64,000 nucleotides of DNA from positions 19,083 to 83,082 of the forward strand of contig JAIXUD010000017.1 of NCBI GenBank assembly GCA_027483645.1. The letters run 5' to 3'. The first letter of the stretch is position 1. Every line of letters begins with the position of its first letter. This DNA comes from Sphingobacteriales bacterium (GTDB taxonomy: Bacteria > Bacteroidota > Bacteroidia > Chitinophagales > CAIOSU01). The translations under genes were made by a program, and so were the position numbers. A model generated the notes under the pieces. That model saw only the letters and a program-made list of their open reading frames with translations. It ran no database searches and was not told the DNA's origin. Shown in pieces: positions 21,485 to 30,895 of the stretch.

Positions 21485-23662
21485 ATGAGATCAACTACCA
21501 TCATTACCAAGGGCCTATTCTTTCTTCTCTTATTCGTTGCCACAAACTTGGTTGCACAAGACCAGCCAAAACAACCACAACCCAATACCAAGCCTATCCC
21601 AAAGGGAGCAGTGGTTGCGCCAGGTGCTAGCGGTAAACCTACTCAAGTAAAGCAGGCTCCAAGCGCCAGAACTCAGTTAAATAATGCCCCAGTTACCTTA
21701 GCTCCTAATGGCGCGCCAAAACCAACTGGCGAACCCGCCGATGTCAATAAAAATGGCGCTGACAAACCGGCCACCAGTGATATGGTGCTATTTACCCTTG
21801 GCGGCCAGCCAGTTTATTTGTCGGAGTTTGCCTACGTGTACAACAAGAACAATGTAGACGATAAAAACAGCTACACCCAAACATCGCTAGAGGAGTACCT
21901 TGACCTATACATCAAGTTTAGGCTTAAGGTTAAGGAAGCCGAAGCCCTTGGTATGGATACCCTTACCTCGCTAAGCGCCGAATTGGAAACTTATCGCAAG
22001 CAACTATCAAAGCAATATTTGTATGACCGTGAGGTGAGCGAGAAGCTTTTGCAAGAAGCTTATGACCGCTCTAAGTTTGAGGTGAACGCAAGCCATATCC
22101 TTATCGGTATTGATGAGCCAGGCCTACCTGCTGATACTTTGAAAGCCTACAAAACCGCCGTGCAACTGCGTACCCGCATATTGAAAGGCGAAGACTTTGG
22201 CGAATTGGCCAAGAAATACTCTAAAGACCCTTCAGCCCAAACCAACAACGGCAACATTGGCTACTTTACAGTGTTGCAAACCGTATACCCATTTGAAACC
22301 GTTGCCTACGAAACTAAGAAGAACGAAATCTCTATGCCAGTTCGCACCCGTTTCGGTTACCACTTGGTAAAAGTAAACGACATTCGCGAGGCACAAGGTG
22401 AGATTACGGTCGCACACATTTTGTTGAAAATACCAGTGGGTGCCGACAAGGCGATGATTGACCAAGTGCGCTCTCAAGCAGATAATATTTACAACCAAGC
22501 CTTAAAAGGCGACCTACCCTTCGAAAACCTAGTATCGCTTTACAGCGAAGACAACACCACCAAAACCAAAGGTGGCCTATTGCCGCCATTTGGCACAGGC
22601 CGTATGGTGGAAGAGTTTGAGGCTTCTGCCTTTGGCTTGACCAAAGATGGCGATGTGAGCAAGCCCGTGCAAACAGATTATGGTTTCCACATTATTAAGC
22701 GCATCAGCAAAAAGGCCCAGCCTACTTTTGAAGAAAGCAAAGGCGAACTGAAAAAGAAAATAGAGCGCGATACCCGTTCGGAGATTGCGAAATCGAAGTT
22801 GATGGATGGCATCAAAAAGGAATACAAATACACCGAGAACATCAAAGCCCGCCAAGAGTTGTTTAAATTAATCGGCACTGCTTTGCCAGAAGGTAAGTTT
22901 GTATGGGAAGATAAAACAGCCCTTACCAAAACCTTGTTTACCATTGGCAACAAAACATACACCCAGGCTGACTTTGTAACTTACCTGGAAAGCAAACAGA
23001 AGAAGAAACGTACCGAGCCTGCACAAATTGTATTTGACCAGTATTTTGAAGTGTTTCAAGAAGAGATGCTGCTAGCCTACGAAGAGAGCCAACTGGAGCG
23101 CAAATATCCTGATTTCAAAAACTTGATGCGCGAATACCGAGATGGCATATTGCTGTTTGACCTTACCGACAAAAAAGTGTGGAGCCGTGCCGTGAAAGAC
23201 ACTACCGGTTTGGCTGCTTTCTATGAAGGTGTAAAAACCAAGTATTTGTACCCTGAACGCGTAAAAGTAACCACCTACACCGTAACCGATCCGAAGCTAG
23301 CAGAGAAGGTGAAGAAATATGCAGTAAAAAATGGTTCTGCCGCTACCATAGCCAAATACAACAAAAAGGGCAAAACCATCGTTACTACCAGCGAAGGCAT
23401 TTTTGAGAAGGGCCAACAGCCACTTGCCGATGCTACTGGCTGGAAGGTCGGTTACGGCGAAATAAGCAGTACCGAAGGCAACAGCAAATTTGTAAACGTT
23501 ACCGAAGTATTGACCCCATCTCCGAAGCCATTGAATGAGGTGAAGGGTTTTGTAGTATCGGAGTATCAAGATTACTTGGAGAAAGAATGGATTAAGGAGT
23601 TGCAAACCCGTTACCCGGTAGTGGTAAATAAAGAGGTACTGAACACCTTAGTGAAGAAGTAA
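21485..23662 (+). CDS. Peptidyl-prolyl cis-trans isomerase with two parvulin domains
   Basis: ASHILI, FGELAKKYSKDP, TRFGYHLV, VAHIL, TDYGFHIIK; signal peptide from ATG 21485. Confidence 0.9.
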   Translation: MRSTTIITKGLFFLLLFVATNLVAQDQPKQPQPNTKPIPKGAVVAPGASGKPTQVKQAPSARTQLNNAPVTLAPNGAPKPTGEPADVNKNGADKPATSDMVLFTLGGQPVYLSEFAYVYNKNNVDDKNSYTQTSLEEYLDLYIKFRLKVKEAEALGMDTLTSLSAELETYRKQLSKQYLYDREVSEKLLQEAYDRSKFEVNASHILIGIDEPGLPADTLKAYKTAVQLRTRILKGEDFGELAKKYSKDPSAQTNNGNIGYFTVLQTVYPFETVAYETKKNEISMPVRTRFGYHLVKVNDIREAQGEITVAHILLKIPVGADKAMIDQVRSQADNIYNQALKGDLPFENLVSLYSEDNTTKTKGGLLPPFGTGRMVEEFEASAFGLTKDGDVSKPVQTDYGFHIIKRISKKAQPTFEESKGELKKKIERDTRSEIAKSKLMDGIKKEYKYTENIKARQELFKLIGTALPEGKFVWEDKTALTKTLFTIGNKTYTQADFVTYLESKQKKKRTEPAQIVFDQYFEVFQEEMLLAYEESQLERKYPDFKNLMREYRDGILLFDLTDKKVWSRAVKDTTGLAAFYEGVKTKYLYPERVKVTTYTVTDPKLAEKVKKYAVKNGSAATIAKYNKKGKTIVTTSEGIFEKGQQPLADATGWKVGYGEISSTEGNSKFVNVTEVLTPSPKPLNEVKGFVVSEYQDYLEKEWIKELQTRYPVVVNKEVLNTLVKK

Positions 23663-23700
23663 TAGCAGGGCTTACCTACTAGAAGAACATAAATAATTAA

Positions 23701-23728
23701 GCAGAGACGTTGTTCGCAACGTCTTTGC
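23701..23728. repeat. Hairpin GCAGAGACGTTG-ttcg-CAACGTCTTTGC (terminator or REP-like)
   Basis: 12-bp near-perfect inverted repeat with a TTCG loop, downstream of the PPIase stop. Confidence 0.6.
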
Positions 23729-23788
23729 TATTTTGTAAAAACAAAGAATCGATACCTGAGCTACTTCAGCACAAAATATTATCTCCTC

Positions 23789-24625
23789 TTGCTTTTTCCG
23801 GTGCTACTAGCCTCGGCATCATGTGGCTGGTTTGAAAAAAATGAACGCGAAGGCGACCCGATTGTGGCAGAAGTAAATGGCAAATACCTCTACCAATCGG
23901 ATATTGCGGAAATGGGAGCTAAAGGTTTAACCCCGGCAGATAGTGCCGAGGTAATTAAAAATTTTGTTGATGCTTGGGTGAAGAAGCAATTGATACTTGG
24001 AAAGGCAGAAGAATATTTATCGCCCGAGCAGCTGGATATAGAGAAACGCGTTCAAGACTATCGGGAGTCGCTAATTATATACCATTATGAGAACGAGCTG
24101 ATAAAGCAAAAAATGGACACCTTGGTGGGCGACAATGAGGTGATAGCCTACTTTGAGCAATACAAAGAGAACTTTTTGCTTACGGAGGACATTGCGCAGT
24201 TTTACTACGTAAAGCTGCCAAAAGATGCCCCTAAACTTGATGATGCCCGGCGCATGTTCCGTTCCGACAAAACGGAAGACAAAGAAATGCTTAAAGAGCA
24301 CTGCATGCAATATGCTGCCGACTTCTATCTGCAAGACAGTATCTGGTACGAGTTGAGCGGTATTTACAAGCAAATACCCATCGACCAGCTACAATTGCGC
24401 ACCCTAAGTAAGAATAAGCTTTCGGGAGAAGTGGAAGATTCCCTGTATATTTATCTGCTGAAAGTAAACGACTTTAGAGAGCAGCAGCAACCAGCGCCAT
24501 TGAACTATATTAAGGAGGATGTAGCCAAAATCATCCTTAACAAGCGAAAAATGGAACTGATTAATACTACTTATGAGAATTTATATAAAGATGCCGTGGA
24601 AAACGGTGATTTCAAGCAATACTAA
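23789..24625 (+). CDS. Lipoprotein, PPIase/foldase-associated
   Basis: Lipobox-like SASC, VAEVNGKYLY; lies between two PPIase genes. Start uncertain. Confidence 0.7.
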   Translation: MLFPVLLASASCGWFEKNEREGDPIVAEVNGKYLYQSDIAEMGAKGLTPADSAEVIKNFVDAWVKKQLILGKAEEYLSPEQLDIEKRVQDYRESLIIYHYENELIKQKMDTLVGDNEVIAYFEQYKENFLLTEDIAQFYYVKLPKDAPKLDDARRMFRSDKTEDKEMLKEHCMQYAADFYLQDSIWYELSGIYKQIPIDQLQLRTLSKNKLSGEVEDSLYIYLLKVNDFREQQQPAPLNYIKEDVAKIILNKRKMELINTTYENLYKDAVENGDFKQY

Positions 24626-24626
24626 A

Positions 24627-25985
24627 ATGCGGATATCCATTCTTTTCTTGTGCCTATTTGCAAGCCTTTCAGGGCTTAAGGCCGATACCATCTTGGTTGA
24701 TAAAGTAGTTGCTGTAGTAGGTGATAAGGTAATTTTGCTTTCGGACATTGAGCTACAATACGAGCAGTTAAAAATTGAGCAGGATATACCTGAAAGTGCC
24801 AAATGTGAGCTATTAGATGGCATCCTTACCTCTAAGCTCTTCCTAGAAGCTGCCTTGCAAGATAGTATTGTGGTGAGCGACGAAGAAGTTGAAAGCGAGC
24901 TAGACCGCAGGATTGAGTACTTCATCTCCATGCTCGGCGGGCAAGACCAACTAGAAACCTACTACGGTAAAAGCACCTTAGAAATTAAAAACGAGTTTAG
25001 GACCGACATCCGAGAGCAGCTACTATCGCAGCGCATGCAAAGTAAAATTTACGGCAACGTAAAGGTTGGCCCTGCAGATGTTAAAAACTTCTTCGGCACT
25101 ATACCCACAGATAGCCTACCCTATTTTAACGCCGAAGTGGAAATTGGCCAAATCGTAATGACCCCAAAAGCATCGGAATTTAGTAAAGAACAGGCGCTAA
25201 AGAAGGCTAATGAAATTTTGAATATGCTAGAAAGCGGGGAAGATTTCTGTTACCTAGTAAGCCGATACTCGAACGACCCAAGCAATACCGATAAGTGCGG
25301 CGACCTTGGGATGGTTGGCCGTGGCGATTTTGTAACCGAGTTTGAGGCAGCCGCATTTGCTTTAAATGAAGGCGAGCACTCCGATGTGGTGGAAACCAAG
25401 TTCGGCTTCCATATTATACAAATGGTAAAAAAGAAAGGAAATCGAATACAAGTACGCCATATATTGATTGTGCCATCGGTACTTAGCTCTGACCATGAAT
25501 TAGTTAAAAGCAAAATGGACCTGATTCGAGATTCGTTAACTAATGGAAAGTTATCATTTACTACCGCCGTGATGAGATACTCGGAAGATGACGAAACTAA
25601 AAACCAGGGCGGCATGCTAGTAAACCCTGTAACCGGCAATACGTACTTTGAAGTGGGCCAATTGGATAAAGACACCTACTTTGCACTAGAAGGCTTAAAG
25701 GCAGGTGATTATTCGCAGCCGCTGCTTACCACACTGCCTACCGGCCTACCGGCTTACCGAATTATGTTGCTGAAGAGCGAGACCGCACCCCACGTGGCCA
25801 ACTTGCAGCAAGACTATTACAAAATACAAGCAGCAGCGCTCAAGAAAAAGCAAGATGAAGCCTTGGATGCTTGGTTGTTATACAGAATAAGCGAAACCTA
25901 TGTATGGGTAAGTCCAGATTATAAAGGCTGCTTTACGATACAGAAATGGTACAAAAACAATAATCCAGAAACAACCTATGAGTAA
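24627..25985 (+). CDS. surA: SurA-type chaperone/peptidyl-prolyl isomerase
   Basis: VDKVVAVVG..VIL.SDI N-domain and parvulin ETKFGFHII. ATG 24627 follows the upstream stop. Confidence 0.85.
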   Translation: MRISILFLCLFASLSGLKADTILVDKVVAVVGDKVILLSDIELQYEQLKIEQDIPESAKCELLDGILTSKLFLEAALQDSIVVSDEEVESELDRRIEYFISMLGGQDQLETYYGKSTLEIKNEFRTDIREQLLSQRMQSKIYGNVKVGPADVKNFFGTIPTDSLPYFNAEVEIGQIVMTPKASEFSKEQALKKANEILNMLESGEDFCYLVSRYSNDPSNTDKCGDLGMVGRGDFVTEFEAAAFALNEGEHSDVVETKFGFHIIQMVKKKGNRIQVRHILIVPSVLSSDHELVKSKMDLIRDSLTNGKLSFTTAVMRYSEDDETKNQGGMLVNPVTGNTYFEVGQLDKDTYFALEGLKAGDYSQPLLTTLPTGLPAYRIMLLKSETAPHVANLQQDYYKIQAAALKKKQDEALDAWLLYRISETYVWVSPDYKGCFTIQKWYKNNNPETTYE

Positions 25986-26943
25986 GCATAACTCTGATGT
26001 GGAGGCCGTAGATGCCTTGAGTGCCAAGTATAAAGCATTACGAAGCGAGATAGCAAAGATTATTGTAGGGCAGGACAAAGTTATTGAAACCATCCTAATA
26101 GCCATTTTTAGCGACGGACACAGCCTTTTGGTGGGCGTGCCTGGACTTGCTAAGACTTTGCTGGTTAATACCATTGCGGAGGCGCTAGACCTACAATTTA
26201 AACGGATACAGTTTACGCCCGACTTGATGCCTTCGGACATTACCGGTTCGGAGATATACGAGCAAGGCCACGGCTTCAAATTTATTAAAGGCCCCATCTT
26301 CGCCAACATCATTTTGGCGGATGAGATTAACCGTACACCGCCCAAGACCCAAGCAGCGTTGCTGGAGGCCATGCAAGAGCGTGCCGTAACCGCCGCTGGC
26401 CACAACCACAAGTTGGATAGGCCGTTCTTTGTACTAGCCACCCAAAACCCAATTGAGCAAGAGGGTACCTATCCGCTGCCAGAAGCGCAGTTGGACCGCT
26501 TTATGTTCAATATTATTGTGGACTACCCTAGCTATGAGGAAGAAGTACAGGTAGTGAAAAACACCACCACCAACCGCGATGTAAAAGTGCAAAAGCAACT
26601 TACTGCGCAGGAGATAGTGGACATACAGCAACTGATACGCCGTGTACCCATTGCCGACAATGTATTGGAGTATGCCGTAACCTTGGCACACAAAACCCGC
26701 CCAGGTACTGCCAAAGCCACCGCCGATGTAAACAACTACCTCAGCTGGGGAGCAGGCCCGCGTGCATCACAGTTCTTGGTGCTGGGTGCTAAATGCCACG
26801 CCATCCTGCATGGCAAGTACTCGCCCGATATTGAAGATGTGCGCGCTGTAGCCTTGCCCATACTACGCCATAGGGTAGTGAAGAACTACAAAGCAGAAGC
26901 TGAAGGCATCACCATCGACCAGATTTTGACCAAGTTGTTCTAA
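25978..26943 (+). CDS. MoxR family AAA+ ATPase
   Basis: GVPGLAKT, RIQFTPDLMPSD, LADEINR, ATQNPIEQEGTYPLPEAQLDRF. Confidence 0.95.
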   Translation: MSKHNSDVEAVDALSAKYKALRSEIAKIIVGQDKVIETILIAIFSDGHSLLVGVPGLAKTLLVNTIAEALDLQFKRIQFTPDLMPSDITGSEIYEQGHGFKFIKGPIFANIILADEINRTPPKTQAALLEAMQERAVTAAGHNHKLDRPFFVLATQNPIEQEGTYPLPEAQLDRFMFNIIVDYPSYEEEVQVVKNTTTNRDVKVQKQLTAQEIVDIQQLIRRVPIADNVLEYAVTLAHKTRPGTAKATADVNNYLSWGAGPRASQFLVLGAKCHAILHGKYSPDIEDVRAVALPILRHRVVKNYKAEAEGITIDQILTKLF

Positions 26944-26962
26944 ATCATAGCTTGCAAGCCAT

Positions 26963-26997
26963 AAAAAATGCCCCGATCAATCGACCGGGGCATTTTT
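26963..26997. terminator. Bidirectional intrinsic terminator
   Basis: AAAAAATGCCCCG...CGGGGCATTTTT between convergent genes. Confidence 0.85.
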
Positions 26998-27021
26998 GTT
27001 TATAGTACATCTCGTTAGCAA

Positions 27022-27975
27022 TTACTTCACCGTTACGCCGTAGGTACCGGTAAAAATCTCGCCAGGTTGCAACACAATCAAGCCAATACCATTATTAAAA
27101 GCATCAGGCGCGCACGTCATCGGCTCAATAGCAATAGATTGACGATCCTCTGGTATGTATATCTGGAAGAAATTGTATTTGCTCTTACCTATTTCTTGCC
27201 AAACCGTAATCTGGAAGTGGCGGTCAGGGTCGTATAGTTGTATGTAAGCAGTGTCTTCGCGCTCCTTTACATTAATAGCAAAGGGGGTATCAAATGCTTC
27301 CTTACCAATGGTTTCGAGCTCAGTAAAGCGCTTGTATGGCTTCTTTTTACCGGTTGGTATCAATCCAGCATCTACTTCTATCTCGTCGCAATCAGGCAAT
27401 ACCAGTTGTAGGCGGTCAACCAAAGTACCAGTTTTAAAGTACGGGTGCCAACCATCGCCAAAAGGCATAGGCTCATTACCGATGTTTTTAACCGTGGTTA
27501 CGCACTCAAATCCATCTTCCGACAAGGCATAGATAATGTTCATGCGGAATTGGAACGGATAGCCATCGGTTTTGCCATTGTGAGAGTATTCAAATTCCAC
27601 ATTGCACTCCGTACTGCTTTCTGAATGGCTGATTAAATCAAAAGGCTTATTAAATATAAAGCCATGGATGGAGTTCTTTTTACCATCACCGTTCTTTGGC
27701 AACTGGTAATCCTTGCCGTCAAACTTGTATTTGCCATCTTTAATGCGGTTAGGGAAAGGAGCCAACTTGGCACCTTTAAACCACTGCTTTTTTGACATTT
27801 CGCGGCTATCATTGGTGCCGCGCAACAGCGGAATGTTCTTCTTATTGGCTTGCAGCACCAATTCGTTGGTATTGCAACCATAATCATGGATAATGGTAAC
27901 ATATTCACCCGATAGAACATTGTTCAATTCTAGCTGCGTCAAACTCCCAAACGAATCTTCCTGTATTTTGAACAT
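27022..27975 (-). CDS. Aldose 1-epimerase family protein
   Basis: PFPNRI..GKY, IHG, GWHPYF, IAIEPMTC..DAFN. Confidence 0.9.
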   Translation of the reverse strand: MFKIQEDSFGSLTQLELNNVLSGEYVTIIHDYGCNTNELVLQANKKNIPLLRGTNDSREMSKKQWFKGAKLAPFPNRIKDGKYKFDGKDYQLPKNGDGKKNSIHGFIFNKPFDLISHSESSTECNVEFEYSHNGKTDGYPFQFRMNIIYALSEDGFECVTTVKNIGNEPMPFGDGWHPYFKTGTLVDRLQLVLPDCDEIEVDAGLIPTGKKKPYKRFTELETIGKEAFDTPFAINVKEREDTAYIQLYDPDRHFQITVWQEIGKSKYNFFQIYIPEDRQSIAIEPMTCAPDAFNNGIGLIVLQPGEIFTGTYGVTVK

Positions 27976-28209
27976 GGCGGTAAGATATGAAAAAAGTTAT
28001 TTCCCCAAAAAAAGAAACGACAATTTTACTGGCTTTAACTTTTTATTTACTTGGGCGCAATAATAACACGTGTGTACTGAAAGGTCAAATAATATGTTGC
28101 TTTTCGCAAAAGAAAAGGTGCGAGTAAAATTTATGGAAAATGCCAGCTATTAATAATCAATAGTTTAGCTAAATTACAATAAACTATTTTTATTTTATTG
28201 TCGAATTGG

Positions 28210-28241
28210 TTTGCAGAATATAAAATCGGTTTATAACTTAG
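28210..28241 (+). promoter_or_regulatory. Host-type sigma-70 promoter at the head of the phage-like cluster
   Basis: TTTG (28210-28213), 20-nt spacer, TAACTTAG (28234-28241; one mismatch to TAnnTTTG), 10 nt before ATG 28252. Confidence 0.55.
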
Positions 28242-28251
28242 TGTTGTTCGG

Positions 28252-28917
28252 ATGATGATTGAAGCATTCGACAGCAAAAAAATGATAGACCTTACCAAAG
28301 TAACCATCGCTCAATTTATCGCCTATTGCAAGCTGGTAGATGGGCTGCAACCGGAGTTAGACAAGCGTTTCCCAGATAAGACCGGCATTACCGGCGTGGA
28401 TTTGCTAACTCGCTATCCTGAATATGTAGAAGCTGTTGTAAAGTTTTGGACCGGATGGGATACCGTGAAAGATAAAGACATGGATATGGTATTGGGCATA
28501 TTTACCGTAGTGGATAAATTGACCGTGATACAAGCGCCAGTTGCCTTAAAAGCATTTGAGCAAGAAGGTGAATGGTACCATGCGCCCGCCGACCTACAGT
28601 TGCTTAACAAAGTGGCCCCGATGGGTAAAGCCAGCTTCGGCCAAGCACTTGAAGCGGTGCAAATTGAGCAATTGATGCAGGGCAAATATGAAATGATACC
28701 TTATGTGCTGGCCACATTGTTTTTGCGCAGCGATGAAACCGTTGACGATTTTGAAATAGGCCAGCGCGCCGCCATCATGGAGCGGTTGCCATTAACCACC
28801 GCCATGAACGCCTATTTTTTTTTAGCCTGTTCCGCGAGCACCTGGTTAAAACGTATCAGCCGCTATTTAGAGGCGAAGGAGATGCCAAAGCATCGCAAGC
28901 AGGAGTTGGTAAGCTAA
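28252..28917 (+). CDS. Putative tail assembly chaperone (gpG-like, zero-frame product)
   Basis: Contains AYFF encoded over a T9 run that opens a long -1 frame. Confidence 0.6.
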   Translation: MMIEAFDSKKMIDLTKVTIAQFIAYCKLVDGLQPELDKRFPDKTGITGVDLLTRYPEYVEAVVKFWTGWDTVKDKDMDMVLGIFTVVDKLTVIQAPVALKAFEQEGEWYHAPADLQLLNKVAPMGKASFGQALEAVQIEQLMQGKYEMIPYVLATLFLRSDETVDDFEIGQRAAIMERLPLTTAMNAYFFLACSASTWLKRISRYLEAKEMPKHRKQELVS

Positions 28918-29105
28918 ACCAATTTGGCTGGTACAACCTACTATATACCGCAGTCGCGGGCCAACTGGCGCAGTTGGAATATATTAAAACCATAAACGTA
29001 CATACGGCATTTCAATTCCTCACGCGCCAGCGTGAGGAGCAGCGCTTTACCGAGCGCCTGCAGAAAGCCTATGCGGATGAGGCAAAAGCCAGAAGGAAAA
29101 GATGA
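28252..29105 (+). CDS. Putative -1 frameshifted chaperone (gpGT-like)
   Basis: Slippery T TTT TTA at 28818-28824. The -1 frame reads SLFREHLVKTYQPLF...LNQFGWYNLLYTAVAGQLAQLEYIKTINVHTAFQFL...KARRKR to TGA 29103-29105. Confidence 0.65.
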
Positions 29106-29273
29106 AATGTGAAATAGGAAATGTGAAATAGCAAACAAAGAAATGGAAACGATGAAATGCGAAATGGAAAATCCCCAAAAACAAGTAAAACCGAAAAACG
29201 AGGTTTCACATTTCCCATTTCATCTTTTTCATTTTAATGCTGTTTCCCATTTCCCATTTCATGTTTCTCATTT
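29103..29273. repeat. Inverted heptamer arrays (GAAATGT/GAAATAG ... CATTTCC)
   Basis: Left arm 29103-29172, complementary right arm 29204-29273. Confidence 0.85.
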
Positions 29274-29292
29274 AGCTAATCCCCTGCCGCGT

Positions 29293-29976
29293 GTGTTGCT
29301 AGCCGCTCCTATTTCCCGCAATAAGGAGTACATTCTCCAAGATTGGCTGCAGCATATTACCGGGTTCACATACCCGGCCTACGACATCTTCTTGGTGGAC
29401 AATAGCCCCGACCCGGCTTTCCACCAAGAAGTATGGCGCAGGGGATTCCAATGCGGTTATTACCCACCGCAAGGCAAGCGGGCACCCGATTTTATTGCCG
29501 ATAGTCAAAACATGCTGCGGCAGTACTTTCTGGAGAACGATTATGACTACTTTTTTAGCCTGGAGTGTGACAACTTTCCGCCGCACAACATTATTGAGCT
29601 CATGCTCAGTTACCGGGCCGACAACATAAACATACCCTACTTCCTTAAGCAAGGGCCAGCTACTGCGCTAGGCGTGCAGCTATCGGTAATCAATTACCAA
29701 GGCTGGTGTGCCAACAAGGTAATGGCACCTTACGAGGGCATAGGGGCTTTCGATGGGCGGGTGAAGCGATACTTTGCCCCATCCATCGGTTGCTCGCTCT
29801 TTAGTAAGAAACTGATGCAGCAGCTCAAGTTCCGCACCTGCCGCAGCAACCCGATGGCCTTTAGCGACAGCTTTTGGCACTTGGATAGCAACCGCATTGG
29901 CATCAAACCATTGGTGCACATGGGCGTGCTATGCGAGCACCGCAGGTTTACCTGGAAGTACAACAGATCACTTTAA
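29293..29976 (+). CDS. GT-A fold (GT2-like) glycosyltransferase
   Basis: VLLAAP, IFLVDNS, YDYFFSLECD (DxD-like), SIGCSLF, SD..W, CEH. The track's N-terminal 50 aa is translated repeat; the true start is uncertain (GTG 29293 used). Confidence 0.7.
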   Translation: MLLAAPISRNKEYILQDWLQHITGFTYPAYDIFLVDNSPDPAFHQEVWRRGFQCGYYPPQGKRAPDFIADSQNMLRQYFLENDYDYFFSLECDNFPPHNIIELMLSYRADNINIPYFLKQGPATALGVQLSVINYQGWCANKVMAPYEGIGAFDGRVKRYFAPSIGCSLFSKKLMQQLKFRTCRSNPMAFSDSFWHLDSNRIGIKPLVHMGVLCEHRRFTWKYNRSL

Positions 29977-30045
29977 GCTAATTGGGAGTTCAGTAAATTC
30001 TAGCAATCACATACCGCTCCAAACCAATTAACCAATAACCAAATT

Positions 30046-30222
30046 ATGATAACCTTATCTCGACTCAAGCCCTTATTACTGGTGCTATCGGTACCGCTAT
30101 TGCTCATCATTGCCTTTGCCGTGGCAGCCAAAGGCGGCTGGCCCCAACTCTGGAATTTCATCTTCGGATATGCCGTGGGTGCTTTTTATGCTTGGATTAA
30201 TTGGCAGAAGAAAGTGGGTTGA
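30046..30222 (+). CDS. Small 58-aa two-TM membrane protein
   Basis: MITLSRLKPLLLVLSVPLLLIIAFAVAAKGGWPQLWNFIFGYAVGAFYAWINWQKKVG; A-rich leader; below the track's length cutoff. Confidence 0.65.
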   Translation: MITLSRLKPLLLVLSVPLLLIIAFAVAAKGGWPQLWNFIFGYAVGAFYAWINWQKKVG

Positions 30223-30228
30223 TCCGGG

Positions 30229-30371
30229 TGTCTGAATCAGAATTTTCATAATTAGAAAATTTTAGAATTCAGACAAAAGTTCTATCAGCATGTAATGCCT
30301 TTTCTGATAATACATCAATCTCCATCATACAATTCTGTAATTCTTTAATTCAGAAAATTCTGATTCAGACA
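30229..30371. repeat. 143-bp element with perfect 19-bp terminal inverted repeats (MITE-like)
   Basis: TGTCTGAATCAGAATTTTC (30229-30247) and GAAAATTCTGATTCAGACA (30353-30371). Confidence 0.85.
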
Positions 30372-30375
30372 ACAA

Positions 30376-30849
30376 ATGCAAAAACTCGAGCTCCCACAAG
30401 CGCTAGACGACATCCGCGCGAAGATATTGCTGCTGGAACAGCGCCTGTTGTTAATAGCCGAAGGTATAGAACTATACAGCAAATTGGCTACTGAAGAAAC
30501 CGACCCTGTAAAAAACTACCAATACCGCGAGCAGGCCAGCAAACGACAGGAAGAACTAATAGTGTACAACGAGCAGTGGCGCTCGCAACAGGTGTATCTT
30601 ACCGAATTTGAGAACGACTTAAAACAACAGCAAGCCCTGCGGCAAAAGCAGCTGGCACACTTAAAGGAGCACCGCCAACAGGTACTGGATACGGCCAAGG
30701 AAAGATTGAAAAAAGGCGACCTGCCCGAACAGGAAAAAACGATTATCAATGCTCTCAGGGAGCAGTTTATCAAAGATCAGTTCACCACTGATGAAGAGCG
30801 CATTGTGCGCTTCAGGGAATTAGTGAATGCCTTGCAGCGCGTGCAGTAG
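30376..30849 (+). CDS. Coiled-coil hypothetical protein
   Basis: 157 aa, Q/E/L/K-rich heptad pattern. Confidence 0.7.
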   Translation: MQKLELPQALDDIRAKILLLEQRLLLIAEGIELYSKLATEETDPVKNYQYREQASKRQEELIVYNEQWRSQQVYLTEFENDLKQQQALRQKQLAHLKEHRQQVLDTAKERLKKGDLPEQEKTIINALREQFIKDQFTTDEERIVRFRELVNALQRVQ

Positions 30850-30856
30850 TAGTTTT

Positions 30857-30893
30857 TGTCTTGTGTCTTGTGTCTAAAAATCTTGTGTCTAAT
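30857..30893 (-). repeat. (TCTTGTG)n array, reverse complement of the AGACACAAG module
   Basis: tgtcttgtgtcttgtgtctaaaaatcttgtgtctaat. Confidence 0.8.
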
Positions 30894-30895
30894 TT

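Noticed and set aside
29143-29292. N-terminal extension METMKCEMENPQ...SHFPFHLFHF of the first GT
   Set aside because: It is the translation of the inverted heptamer arrays, not protein-like; the true start is probably near 29284-29293.
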